From Ignavibacteriota bacterium (lineage in GTDB: Bacteria > Bacteroidota > Ignavibacteria > UBA10030), in contig PMDB01000064.1 in assembly GCA_003155495.1 (NCBI GenBank), positions 1-24,000 of the forward strand: a stretch of DNA of 24,000 nt. The letters run 5' to 3'. Numbering within the stretch: position 1 is the stretch's first letter; each line of letters begins with the position of its first letter. Under the pieces are notes generated by a model that worked only from the letters and a program-made list of their open reading frames with translations, was not told the DNA's origin and did no database searches. Position numbers and translations under genes: made by a program. This document shows positions 1-7,643 of this stretch, one piece after another.

Positions 1-213
1 GATTGGGCTACAAAGTACCGTTCTTTGATTGGATATGGAACAATAGATATAATCACTGATTCTGAACAAAAGAAACGTGGACTTGATATTATTATGACTC
101 AACATGGCAAGACGATGAACAATGTATATAAAGAAGAACAAGTAGAAAATCTTGTCATATTGAAACTCACCATAGAACGCGTAACAGGAAAACAATCTCT
201 GAATTGGAATTAA
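1..213 (+). CDS. Pyridoxamine 5'-phosphate oxidase-like (FMN-binding split-barrel) family protein, C-terminal fragment; the 5' end lies outside the window
   Basis: Frame 1 is open from base 1 (DWATKYRSLIGYGTIDIITDSEQKKRGLDIIMTQHGK...). This C-terminal pattern resembles PNPOx/Pyridox_ox_2-type proteins as I remember them. The first ATG in the track (25) is internal. Confidence 0.55.
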   Translation, partial: DWATKYRSLIGYGTIDIITDSEQKKRGLDIIMTQHGKTMNNVYKEEQVENLVILKLTIERVTGKQSLNWN

Positions 214-327
214 CAAATGTAATGATTTTTTGTTTTTTGTATTTGACAATAATCCAATTCATCACTTAACCTGAATGTCAAAACAATCGTTCTTATCGCA
301 AGTAGAAAAATTATTGCCCGGTACAAT

Positions 328-921
328 ATGAGTTTTAACATCGTTGGCTATCTCATCTATGCATCTTTGATGTCGATTACTCCGGGTCCGAATAATCTAA
401 TGCTCTTTTCATATGGAAAAGCATATGGTTTTAATGATTCGAGGAATGTTATGTTTGGGATTTTTCTCGGGTTCTTTCTTATGCTCTGTTTAGCCGGATA
501 TGGCATTGCAAATATCGTTACAAGCAATCCAATGGCGGGATTGGTACTTAAAATTATCGGGTCGTTGTGGATGCTCTATCTTGCATTTATCTTGAGAAAG
601 CTTAGCGTGAAAGTTGAACCGGGCAAAAAAACTGCTATCGGATTTGGTCAAGCATTTTCCATGCAATTTGTTAATCTGAAAGCATGGGTCATGGCAATCA
701 GCGGAGCAAGCGCGTTTTTGCCGCAATCCAATAACATCCATCTGAATGTTTTCGTTTATGCGATAAGTCTCGGATTGGTCGGGATTCCTTGCATGTTTAT
801 ATGGCTCAAGATGGGCGATTTAATCGCCAAGATTGTCAAGTCGGAGAAGGCAAGTCGGATATTAGGTTATACGATGTTTTCCCTCATGATTGTCAGTATC
901 GTAACGATCTGGGTCAAATGA
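328..921 (+). CDS. LysE/RhtB-family amino-acid exporter (homoserine/threonine efflux type)
   Basis: 197 aa, about 6 hydrophobic helices. The N-terminal motif SITPGPNNLMLFSYGKAYGF is typical of the LysE/RhtB translocator family. It lies 25 nt upstream of thrC on the same strand. Confidence 0.8.
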   Translation: MSFNIVGYLIYASLMSITPGPNNLMLFSYGKAYGFNDSRNVMFGIFLGFFLMLCLAGYGIANIVTSNPMAGLVLKIIGSLWMLYLAFILRKLSVKVEPGKKTAIGFGQAFSMQFVNLKAWVMAISGASAFLPQSNNIHLNVFVYAISLGLVGIPCMFIWLKMGDLIAKIVKSEKASRILGYTMFSLMIVSIVTIWVK

Positions 922-946
922 CAACCATAAATGATCGGGTGCCGTA

Positions 947-2284
947 ATGGAGAAAAATATGCAGCACAGTTGGTTAGAATGTATCCGCGGATGTGGGAAA
1001 AAATATTCTATCTATGATGTAATCTACAACTGCGAGAATTGCGGCGGCTTGCTGGATGTTCAGCACAATATCAATACGCTCAAACGCCGGACTGCAGCAT
1101 CATGGAAAAAATTATTCGATGACCGGACGAGGACGAACAAGTGGCCCTACGCAAGCGGTGTGTGGGGAAAGAAAGAATGGGTCTGTCCTGATCTGGATAA
1201 CGAAAACATTGTCTCAATGTATGAAGGGCATACCAACTGTTTCTGGGCAGAACGGTTAGGCAAAGATATCGGAGTTCCAGATTTGTGGGTAAAGCTTTGC
1301 GGTAATAGTCATACTGGGTCGTTTAAAGACCTCGGAATGACCGTCCTCGTATCTGTTGTGAAACAAATGATGGCTGACGGGAAACCGATTCGCGCTGTAG
1401 CTTGTGCTTCCACGGGAGACACTTCGGCGGCATTGTCTGCGTATGGTGCTGCGGCGGGAATTCCCACAATCGTATTTCTGCCTAAAGGGAAAGTTTCTAC
1501 AGCACAGCTTGTACAACCGATTGCCAACGGTGCAATGGTGCTTTCGCTCGATACAGATTTTGATGGATGCATGCGTATCGTGCAAGAAATTACTGCTGAT
1601 AATTCGATTTATCTTGCCAACTCAATGAACTCATTGCGAATGGAAGGCCAGAAGACGGTCGGTATTGAAATCGTTCAGCAGTTCGATTGGGAAGTGCCAG
1701 ATTGGATGATCATCCCCGCTGGCAATCTTGGGAATGTAAGCGCTCTTGGAAAAGGATTGTTAATGATGCGAGAGCTTGGCTTGATAAAGAAATTGCCGCG
1801 CATTGTGTGTGCACAAGCGGCACATGCAAATCCTTTATATTTGAGTTTCAAAAAACGTTACAAGGAATACAAACCGGTTACAGCACAGAAGACACTTGCA
1901 TCAGCAATCCAGATCGGTGCACCGGTAAGCTATGAGCGTGCCGTGAAAATACTATATGAATTTGACGGTATCGTTGAGCAAGCAACGGAAAATGAACTTG
2001 CAAACGCCGCTGCACGCGCAGATAAAGCCGGATTGTTTACCTGTCCGCAAACCGGTGTTGCGCTTGCCGCCCTTACGAAAATGATAGAACGGAAAGTTAT
2101 AAAAAGAAAAGACCGCGTTGTCGTAATTTCCACAGCGCACGGATTAAAATTTTCGCAATTTAAAGTTGATTACCACGAAAAAACACTTCAGGGAATTGAT
2201 TCACACTATGCCAATCCGCCAATTCTGCTACCGGCAGATGTAAATGCCGTGCGAAGTGCGATAGATAGAGTGATTGGGAAATAA
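947..2284 (+). CDS. thrC: Threonine synthase with an N-terminal four-Cys zinc-ribbon
   Basis: PLP-lysine motif [14 protein letters not shown] and the fold-type II PLP enzyme layout ([23 protein letters not shown]). The N-terminus has CxxC...CxxC ([10 protein letters not shown]...YNCENCGG). An alternative start at 959 is preceded by a GGAG-like SD and may be the true start. Confidence 0.9.
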   Translation: MEKNMQHSWLECIRGCGKKYSIYDVIYNCENCGGLLDVQHNINTLKRRTAASWKKLFDDRTRTNKWPYASGVWGKKEWVCPDLDNENIVSMYEGHTNCFWAERLGKDIGVPDLWVKLCGNSHTGSFKDLGMTVLVSVVKQMMADGKPIRAVACASTGDTSAALSAYGAAAGIPTIVFLPKGKVSTAQLVQPIANGAMVLSLDTDFDGCMRIVQEITADNSIYLANSMNSLRMEGQKTVGIEIVQQFDWEVPDWMIIPAGNLGNVSALGKGLLMMRELGLIKKLPRIVCAQAAHANPLYLSFKKRYKEYKPVTAQKTLASAIQIGAPVSYERAVKILYEFDGIVEQATENELANAAARADKAGLFTCPQTGVALAALTKMIERKVIKRKDRVVVISTAHGLKFSQFKVDYHEKTLQGIDSHYANPPILLPADVNAVRSAIDRVIGK

Positions 2285-2303
2285 TTGTAGCCGCTACCAA
2301 CTT

Positions 2304-2337
2304 GGCCGCTGTCTTTATGGCGAGCGGTCGCGATTTT
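2304..2337 (+). terminator. Possible intrinsic terminator downstream of thrC
   Basis: GGCCGCT (2304-2310) pairs with AGCGGTC (2323-2329), 7 bp including one G-T wobble, with a 12-nt loop. It is followed by GCGATTTTAA. The T tract is short, so this is weak. Confidence 0.3.
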
Positions 2338-2583
2338 AACGTAACAAAAGAAAATTGTCGGGGTCAACAGTCTCGGCTACAGATAATTACTTCCTCCTCC
2401 ACGGATTACCTAAAAGACTACGAAATATCCCAAAAACGATATTCCTTAGTGAGATTACCATGAAGAAATATACATCTCGCTATTGAAGCAGAAAGAGTCT
2501 ATACTTAATACATATCAAGCATGGTTCACTATGCTGGATATCTGTTCGTGGTGATCGCGCCAGACAGCATGCACTCTTAAGAG

Positions 2584-2877
2584 ATGAAATTTATGAAATA
2601 TACTATGCGTGATACCGGTTTGTATAATGGACATAACCGGAGAATCGCTTTTATACGAGGTGACGAAATTTACGATGGCGACAATCGGAGAGTTGCCACC
2701 ATGCATGGGAAGTATCTCTTCGATTCAGAGAATAGAAAAATGATGACGGTTCGCGGCGGGTTTATCTTCGATGTCGACAACAAGCAGGTTGCATCGCTTG
2801 TAGAAGTACAGAAATTGATTGAAGGTGCAGAGGAGGGATTACAGGCAGTAGCGCTCTGGTATTGTTTTATCCGTTAG
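2584..2877 (+). CDS. Small hypothetical protein built of four tandem 16-aa repeats (possibly the family annotated as 4-fold beta-flower protein)
   Basis: 97 aa. Residues 13-76 read LYNGHNRRIAFIRGDE / IYDGDNRRVATMHGKY / LFDSENRKMMTVRGGF / IFDVDNKQVASLVEVQ, a strict 16-residue period with conserved [LI][YF]-D/N-x-x-N-[RK]-x-[IVM]-A/T. Start is ambiguous (2584, 2593 or 2605). The family name is from memory only. Confidence 0.6.
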   Translation: MKFMKYTMRDTGLYNGHNRRIAFIRGDEIYDGDNRRVATMHGKYLFDSENRKMMTVRGGFIFDVDNKQVASLVEVQKLIEGAEEGLQAVALWYCFIR

Positions 2878-2972
2878 CTGTGAAAAGGGTGTTACCGACC
2901 TCGGCTACTAGGATTACAGGATAAAAGAATCAATAAAAAAAGACAAAGATTGAATCTCTTGAAAATTTATTC

Positions 2973-4010
2973 CTAAAAATATCGTTTTTTCATTCTCAAC
3001 GCCACATTGACAAGACCGATAAGCACGGGTACTTCTACCAAGGGACCAATAACAGCCGCGAAAGCCACACCAGAATTGATACCAAAGACTGCAACCGACA
3101 CAGCTATAGCAAGCTCAAAGTTATTGCTTGCCGCTGTGAAGGAAAGAGTTGCGGTCTTCGAATAGTCAGCTCCGACTTTCCTGCCCACATAAAACGAAAT
3201 AAAAAACATTATCACAAAGTACAGAAGCAAGGGAATCGCAATCCTTATAACATCAAGAGGGATCTTTATAATATATTCGCCTTTGAGAGAGAACATGACA
3301 ACGATGGTGAAGAGAAGCGCGATTAATGTCATCGGACTTATTTTTGGTGTGAATTTCTTTTCATACCATTCTTTGTTTTTCAGTTTCAACAGCACAAAAC
3401 GGGTTATCATACCGGCAAAGAAAGGAATTCCAAGATAGATGAAAACGCTTTCGGCTATTTGTCTGATTGTGATTTCGACTTTAAAAGATTGCAGCCCAAG
3501 CCAATTTGGAAGAACGGTTAAGAAAACATAAGCATAGACCGAAAAAAAGAGAACTTGAAAAATAGAGTTGAATGCAACTAAACCTGCGGCATATTCAGAA
3601 TCGCCTTTTGCGAGTTCATTCCAAACAATAACCATTGCAATGCAGCGAGCAAGACCAATCATTATCAAGCCGGCCATATACTCCGGATGATCCGGAAGAA
3701 ACAAAACTGCTAACACAAACATTAAGATGGGGCCGATAATCCAGTTTTGAACAAGCGACAACGCCAGTACTTTGGTGTTTTTAAAAATATCGCCGAGTTC
3801 TTCATACTTTACTTTTGCAAGGGGCGGATACATCATTAAGATCAAACCGATTGCAATTGGAATGTTTGTGGTTCCGCTTTGAAATGAATTCCAGAAGTGT
3901 ACTATTCCTGGGAAGAAATATCCGGAAAGAATGCCTACAAACATTGCCAGAAAAATCCAGAGTGTTAAGAACCTATCGACGAATGATAATTGCTTTGTCA
4001 GAGAAGTCAT
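2973..4010 (-). CDS. acr3: ACR3-family arsenite efflux permease
   Basis: Strong match to ACR3 hallmarks: [75 protein letters not shown]. About 10 TM helices. The ORF is open to 4073, but the ATG at 4010 ([10 protein letters not shown]...) matches the family N-terminus and avoids overlap with the upstream gene. Confidence 0.92.
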   Translation of the reverse strand: MTSLTKQLSFVDRFLTLWIFLAMFVGILSGYFFPGIVHFWNSFQSGTTNIPIAIGLILMMYPPLAKVKYEELGDIFKNTKVLALSLVQNWIIGPILMFVLAVLFLPDHPEYMAGLIMIGLARCIAMVIVWNELAKGDSEYAAGLVAFNSIFQVLFFSVYAYVFLTVLPNWLGLQSFKVEITIRQIAESVFIYLGIPFFAGMITRFVLLKLKNKEWYEKKFTPKISPMTLIALLFTIVVMFSLKGEYIIKIPLDVIRIAIPLLLYFVIMFFISFYVGRKVGADYSKTATLSFTAASNNFELAIAVSVAVFGINSGVAFAAVIGPLVEVPVLIGLVNVALRMKKRYF

Positions 4011-4029
4011 AGTGTATTCTTTTCTTAAT

Positions 4030-4608
4030 TTAGCTCCGTTGTAATTCGTTTCCAACGGAGAACGCATCGCCAAGTTTGTCGCCGATAGTATAATACGCCA
4101 TACTGCCGAATGAACCCCACAGCATTGGCCGTACTTTCTCGATATCTGGAAGTTGATTTGGATTTAAAACCTCGCTATCAGCGACCATTCCGACAATTTT
4201 TCCAATGAACATCGTATGCAGGCCAAGATCGACCTGCCTGATCAGCTTGCATTCAAGGGAATACGGAAATTCTTTTACAATTGGGGCATTGACCAGTTTG
4301 CTCTTTTCCGGAGTGAGGCGGGTCTCCTTGAATTTGTCATACTTTCTTCCCGACACTATGCCGACAAAGTCGGCCTCCTTGAGATACTTTTCAGAGGGAA
4401 TATTCACTGTGAATGCCTCGGTCTGTTTGATGTTGTGATAACTAAGCGTCGCTTCCCTAAGAGACACACTGATACATGGCGGTTTGCTTGATGCGATTCC
4501 TCCCCAGGCGGCATTCATGATATTAGGCATGCCATCGGAGCCATATGTTCCAATGATGAGCACCGGAGAGGGGAGCAATATCGTTTGTGCCGGAAGGGAG
4601 ACTTTCAT
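4030..4608 (-). CDS. Flavin reductase-like (FMN-binding split-barrel) domain protein
   Basis: 192 aa. The pattern [39 protein letters not shown]...[18 protein letters not shown] is typical of the Flavin_Reduct domain family. It ends 19 nt before the acr3 start. Confidence 0.75.
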   Translation of the reverse strand: MKVSLPAQTILLPSPVLIIGTYGSDGMPNIMNAAWGGIASSKPPCISVSLREATLSYHNIKQTEAFTVNIPSEKYLKEADFVGIVSGRKYDKFKETRLTPEKSKLVNAPIVKEFPYSLECKLIRQVDLGLHTMFIGKIVGMVADSEVLNPNQLPDIEKVRPMLWGSFGSMAYYTIGDKLGDAFSVGNELQRS

Positions 4609-4829
4609 AATTAATTCCTCGTTAATAGATGTTGACTGTTTCTATTTCGATGAATATTAAAATCAATTCTTTTAACACAATAACAATCTCTGAAGGCAAT
4701 TTCTTTTGGAATTTCTCTTTTGACATTTCTGAATCACAATGCATTATATTAACTCAAAAAAAATAATAATTGCTTAATAAGAGAAGTCATCTTTTCTTCT
4801 TTGTTCTTCTTTCTTTATGCTTCATTGTG

Positions 4830-5135
4830 TTAATTACAGCACGTTCCTTTGTCAGGGCCGCCACAAGTAGGAGCTGTTCCATTGAAAGCACCCTGAATAA
4901 TTCCCGCAGCACATCCGCATCCGTCTCCAACATCCAGTACAATTGCTCCCTGCGGGCAGTTTCTTTTACACGCGCCACATTCCATGCAAAAATCACGGCC
5001 AATAATACGCACTTTTTTGTCCTTCAGTTCAAAGACTTCGTGCGGACACACTTTCACACACATACCGCAGTTATTGCATTTCTCTTGAATCAGATCGAGT
5101 GTTAGAACTTCCGAAAAATATCTGAGTCTTTCCAT
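4830..5135 (-). CDS. hgcB: HgcB-type 2x[4Fe-4S] ferredoxin (mercury-methylation electron donor partner of HgcA)
   Basis: Two CX2CX2CX3CP motifs (CNNCGMCVKVCP, CMECGACKRNCP) and a Cys-rich C-terminal tail ending GTCCN, the vicinal Cys pair characteristic of HgcB. It lies immediately downstream of hgcA (13-nt spacer). I prefer the ATG at 5135 (MERLRYF...). The ORF track start at 5171 would overlap the hgcA 3' end by 23 nt. Confidence 0.85.
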   Translation of the reverse strand: MERLRYFSEVLTLDLIQEKCNNCGMCVKVCPHEVFELKDKKVRIIGRDFCMECGACKRNCPQGAIVLDVGDGCGCAAGIIQGAFNGTAPTCGGPDKGTCCN

Positions 5136-5148
5136 ATGGCTACTTTCT

Positions 5149-6297
5149 TTAGATTGCGATTTCAAGAACAAGCAGCATTACCGCTATTGCACCGAATATG
5201 ACCTGAACAGGTATTGCAATCTTCATTTCTTTTTTAACACCAGCAAGCGATGTATATGTAGATGCACCCGTAAAATTCATTGCGAGGAACGAAGAAAAAC
5301 TCGATATGAAGAATATTTCAGCGAAGTTTACCATGAGACCTCCATCCAGGGAATGGTTCAGGAATAATAGCATCGAGACAATTGCTCCTAGGATGAGTCC
5401 CTTAAATGAAAAATTTCGTGTAGGAATATAGGGGAGAAGTAATGGAGTAAAAACTATTCCGGCAATATATCCTGCTGCAACAATTTTTGCAATAGGGACG
5501 ATATTCCTGAGTGCTTGTTGCATCGAGTACCCATTCGCATTTATCCCTGAGAGAACAGAAATGACTATTAACATAGTTAGGAGATAGCGCATATTATAAA
5601 TAATGTCGTTGGGGACAAGTTTCAGCCTATCGTACCAATCGAACTTGACGCGTCGCATTTCTTTTGATGCTTTATAATTTGCCTGCACAAACGCCGGGAT
5701 ATCCGTAGCCCGTACCGGTCCGTAGATCACCGTGAATCCGGATACTTCTTTGACCAGATGCGCTGCAACTCCTGTCGCACCGAGCTGCGGAAGAATCAGT
5801 CTTCTGTGAATCACTACTTTGTCAAGCGATGTCAACTGAATTCTTCGTACCAATTCCTTTGTCCCGAACGTTCCTTTGCCTGCCGCACACCAGACATTAA
5901 CCCCTTTGGTGTCCAACACAAGAAGCCAAGCATTCACTCCATTCAAATTCTTTCTCACCAGATCGAATGAAAACTTATAATTGGCAGTTACAAAGATATC
6001 TGAACGATCATTCGGTATTCCGACAGCATATAAGCCCGGATCAACTCGATACTGATCTCTCCTGATACCCCAGCGTACTTTGAAAGCTCCAAGGTAATCC
6101 TTCCAGTCAAGTCTGGCTGAGATTTGTGGAATTTCACCTGCCCTAGTTTCAATACCGCCTATAATATAAGGTTTTGAGGTCGGTACTGGATCGTTACTGG
6201 GGGTTTTGCAGCCGTAATCATTCGCCGGAACTTTCAACTGGAGAGAAACCAGTTCGTTGGAATTCCCGCAACCACATTTCTGATCTGAACATCCCAT
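5149..6297 (-). CDS. hgcA: HgcA-type corrinoid protein (mercury methylation), with an N-terminal corrinoid-binding domain and a C-terminal multi-TM domain
   Basis: The diagnostic cap-helix motif G-V-N-V-W-C-A-A-G-K-G-T-F-G-T covers residues 132-146 (NVWCAAGK at nt 5875-5898; Cys137 at nt 5887-5889). This fits the published N(V/I)WCA(A/G)GK HgcA signature. The C-terminal ~150 aa form about 5 hydrophobic helices, which soluble CFeSP/AcsC-type corrinoid proteins lack. An HgcB-like ferredoxin follows directly. Confidence 0.88.
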   Translation of the reverse strand: MGCSDQKCGCGNSNELVSLQLKVPANDYGCKTPSNDPVPTSKPYIIGGIETRAGEIPQISARLDWKDYLGAFKVRWGIRRDQYRVDPGLYAVGIPNDRSDIFVTANYKFSFDLVRKNLNGVNAWLLVLDTKGVNVWCAAGKGTFGTKELVRRIQLTSLDKVVIHRRLILPQLGATGVAAHLVKEVSGFTVIYGPVRATDIPAFVQANYKASKEMRRVKFDWYDRLKLVPNDIIYNMRYLLTMLIVISVLSGINANGYSMQQALRNIVPIAKIVAAGYIAGIVFTPLLLPYIPTRNFSFKGLILGAIVSMLLFLNHSLDGGLMVNFAEIFFISSFSSFLAMNFTGASTYTSLAGVKKEMKIAIPVQVIFGAIAVMLLVLEIAI

Positions 6298-6300
6298 ATT

Positions 6301-6735
6301 CTATCCTCGACTATTTTTCAACTTTGATTGATAAAATTCAAAAATCCTTTCTTTGATTTCATCTCGCACACGGCGAAAAACTGCAAGTACTTTTTCTTCC
6401 GTTCCTGTTGCTTCTGCTGGATCATCAAATCCGATGTGAAGTTGGTGCTGTACTTTACCGACGAATACAGGACAAGTTTCCTTTGCGTGGTTACAGACTG
6501 TAATGATATAATCGAATGAATCATTGAGAAATTGATCAACCGACTTTGGATACCCTCCGCTGATATCGACTCCAACTTCCTTCATTACTTGAATTGCACG
6601 GGAAGAAACACGCGAAGCCGGATGTGTTCCAGCAGAATAGACTTCCTGGTTCGGGTCGAATGATTTCAAAAATCCTTCCGCCATTTGACTGCGGCAGGAA
6701 TTACCTGTGCAAAGGATAAGAATACGCTGCGTCAT
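6301..6735 (-). CDS. arsC: Arsenate reductase, LMW-PTP / thioredoxin-coupled type
   Basis: P-loop CTGNSCRSQMAEG at the N-terminus, plus downstream Cys residues in ITVCNHAKETCP. This matches the Cys10/Cys82/Cys89-type triad of pI258-class ArsC. 144 aa. Confidence 0.9.
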   Translation of the reverse strand: MTQRILILCTGNSCRSQMAEGFLKSFDPNQEVYSAGTHPASRVSSRAIQVMKEVGVDISGGYPKSVDQFLNDSFDYIITVCNHAKETCPVFVGKVQHQLHIGFDDPAEATGTEEKVLAVFRRVRDEIKERIFEFYQSKLKNSRG

Positions 6736-6754
6736 AGTGATTTCTTATTATGAA

Positions 6755-7633
6755 TTATTCATTAATCCATGAAACTGTGTATTCAGTGTTGTCCGGTATT
6801 ATCAGTTTCGGAGCTTCCACAATCCAGCGTCCGCGTAATCTTAACGAGCGGGCGGCGAGTTCAAAATGGCACATAGCGATGCCCATATCCACGCGTTGCA
6901 GATCGGCAAGCCGGAGAAGGCTAAATAACAACGTTCCCTTGCCGTATCCTTTGGTTCGTTGAAGATAAAAATGCCATGCATCACCGATTCGAACAATACG
7001 CCATGGCTGCTTATTGGAAGCTGAAGGAGCCCAGCGGACCATTTCCAGCGGTTGTGCGTATGCACCTGCGGCTCCTGTCGTCAGCGGACTGCCAAATGAA
7101 TCTACAAAAAACAATTGTTCTTTTGGCAGGCGACGATTGGCGCTTAAGTATTTTCGAATCTGCCCGTCTCTTCCTGTTTTCTCCACAATATATCCCGTAG
7201 CGACAACAGCAGGGATGGTCTCTGTATCGCGCAGAGATATTTTCTTTGCAAACCTGCTTTTGGTAAATGTACCGCCCAGCCAGCACGTTCCTAAACCGAT
7301 ATCGGTTGCAGTGAGGATCGCATGCTCGAAAAGATACCCGTAATCTTCCAGGTTCTTCGTGCCTTGCTCAAGCGCACCTATAATAAATCCTGTTGGATTT
7401 TTAATATATCCGTACGTGCCAAGTCCTTTCAGAGACTGCCGGTCATCCTGCGTGGCGGCAACAAGTTCAAATCGTGCATGCGTTCTCAGGGGACCGATCT
7501 GCTGCGTCTTTAAAAAATCTTTCAGCGATTGTCGATGCGTTTCTCGTATCGGTTCATCGAGGTACGAACGGCAGGAAAATCGTTGACCGATGATTTCTTG
7601 AATGGGTTGATTCATTCTTCTTTCCTGAAGCAT
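6755..7633 (-). CDS. Nitroreductase-superfamily flavoprotein with an atypical long form
   Basis: Nitroreductase motifs are present: RFSCRSY (res 18-24), GLGTCWLGG (res 113-121) and RWAPSASNKQPWR (res 200-212). The motif order differs from classical NfsA/NfsB (see findings). An alternative start at 7615 (MNQPIQ...) is preceded by AGGAAAG. Confidence 0.75.
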   Translation of the reverse strand: MLQERRMNQPIQEIIGQRFSCRSYLDEPIRETHRQSLKDFLKTQQIGPLRTHARFELVAATQDDRQSLKGLGTYGYIKNPTGFIIGALEQGTKNLEDYGYLFEHAILTATDIGLGTCWLGGTFTKSRFAKKISLRDTETIPAVVATGYIVEKTGRDGQIRKYLSANRRLPKEQLFFVDSFGSPLTTGAAGAYAQPLEMVRWAPSASNKQPWRIVRIGDAWHFYLQRTKGYGKGTLLFSLLRLADLQRVDMGIAMCHFELAARSLRLRGRWIVEAPKLIIPDNTEYTVSWINE

Positions 7634-7643
7634 ACCAACTGAA

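Noticed and set aside
2286-2928. Short repeats around the four-repeat gene. CTCGGCTAC...GGATTAC...TAAAAGA occurs at 2372-2417 and again at 2900-2928, with an inverted TGTAGCCG at 2286-2293. These could be cassette boundaries or a structured RNA.
   Set aside because: Exact 7-9-mers recur by chance many times in 24 kb. The collinear match needs a 22-nt indel, and no target-site duplication, recombinase or covariation evidence is available. This is too weak to call a repeat element.
2878-2972. A possible bidirectional terminator between the convergent small ORF and acr3 (AGAATCAAT ... ATTGAATCT).
   Set aside because: The stem is AT-rich, has a central mismatch and a 14-nt A-rich loop. Its predicted stability is too low to support a call without folding energetics.
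4011-4073. A longer acr3 start (ATG at 4073) overlapping the flavin reductase gene by 44 nt.
   Set aside because: The family-typical N-terminus ([16 protein letters not shown]) begins at the ATG at 4010. The extension ([21 protein letters not shown]) has no ACR3 counterpart that I recognise.
4645-4664. A possible third ArsR operator upstream of the flavin reductase gene (TTTCGATGAATATTAAAATC shares the central AATATT and one TCGA).
   Set aside because: The half-site spacing and orientation do not match the ATCG-N-AATATT-N-CGAT palindrome. AATATT alone is common in AT-rich DNA.
5136-5171. A longer hgcB start (ATG at 5171) given by the ORF track.
   Set aside because: It would overlap the hgcA 3' end by 23 nt and add a non-conserved-looking MFLKSQSKESSH leader. 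The ATG at 5135 gives a ferredoxin of the expected size with a 13-nt spacer. It is not excluded experimentally.
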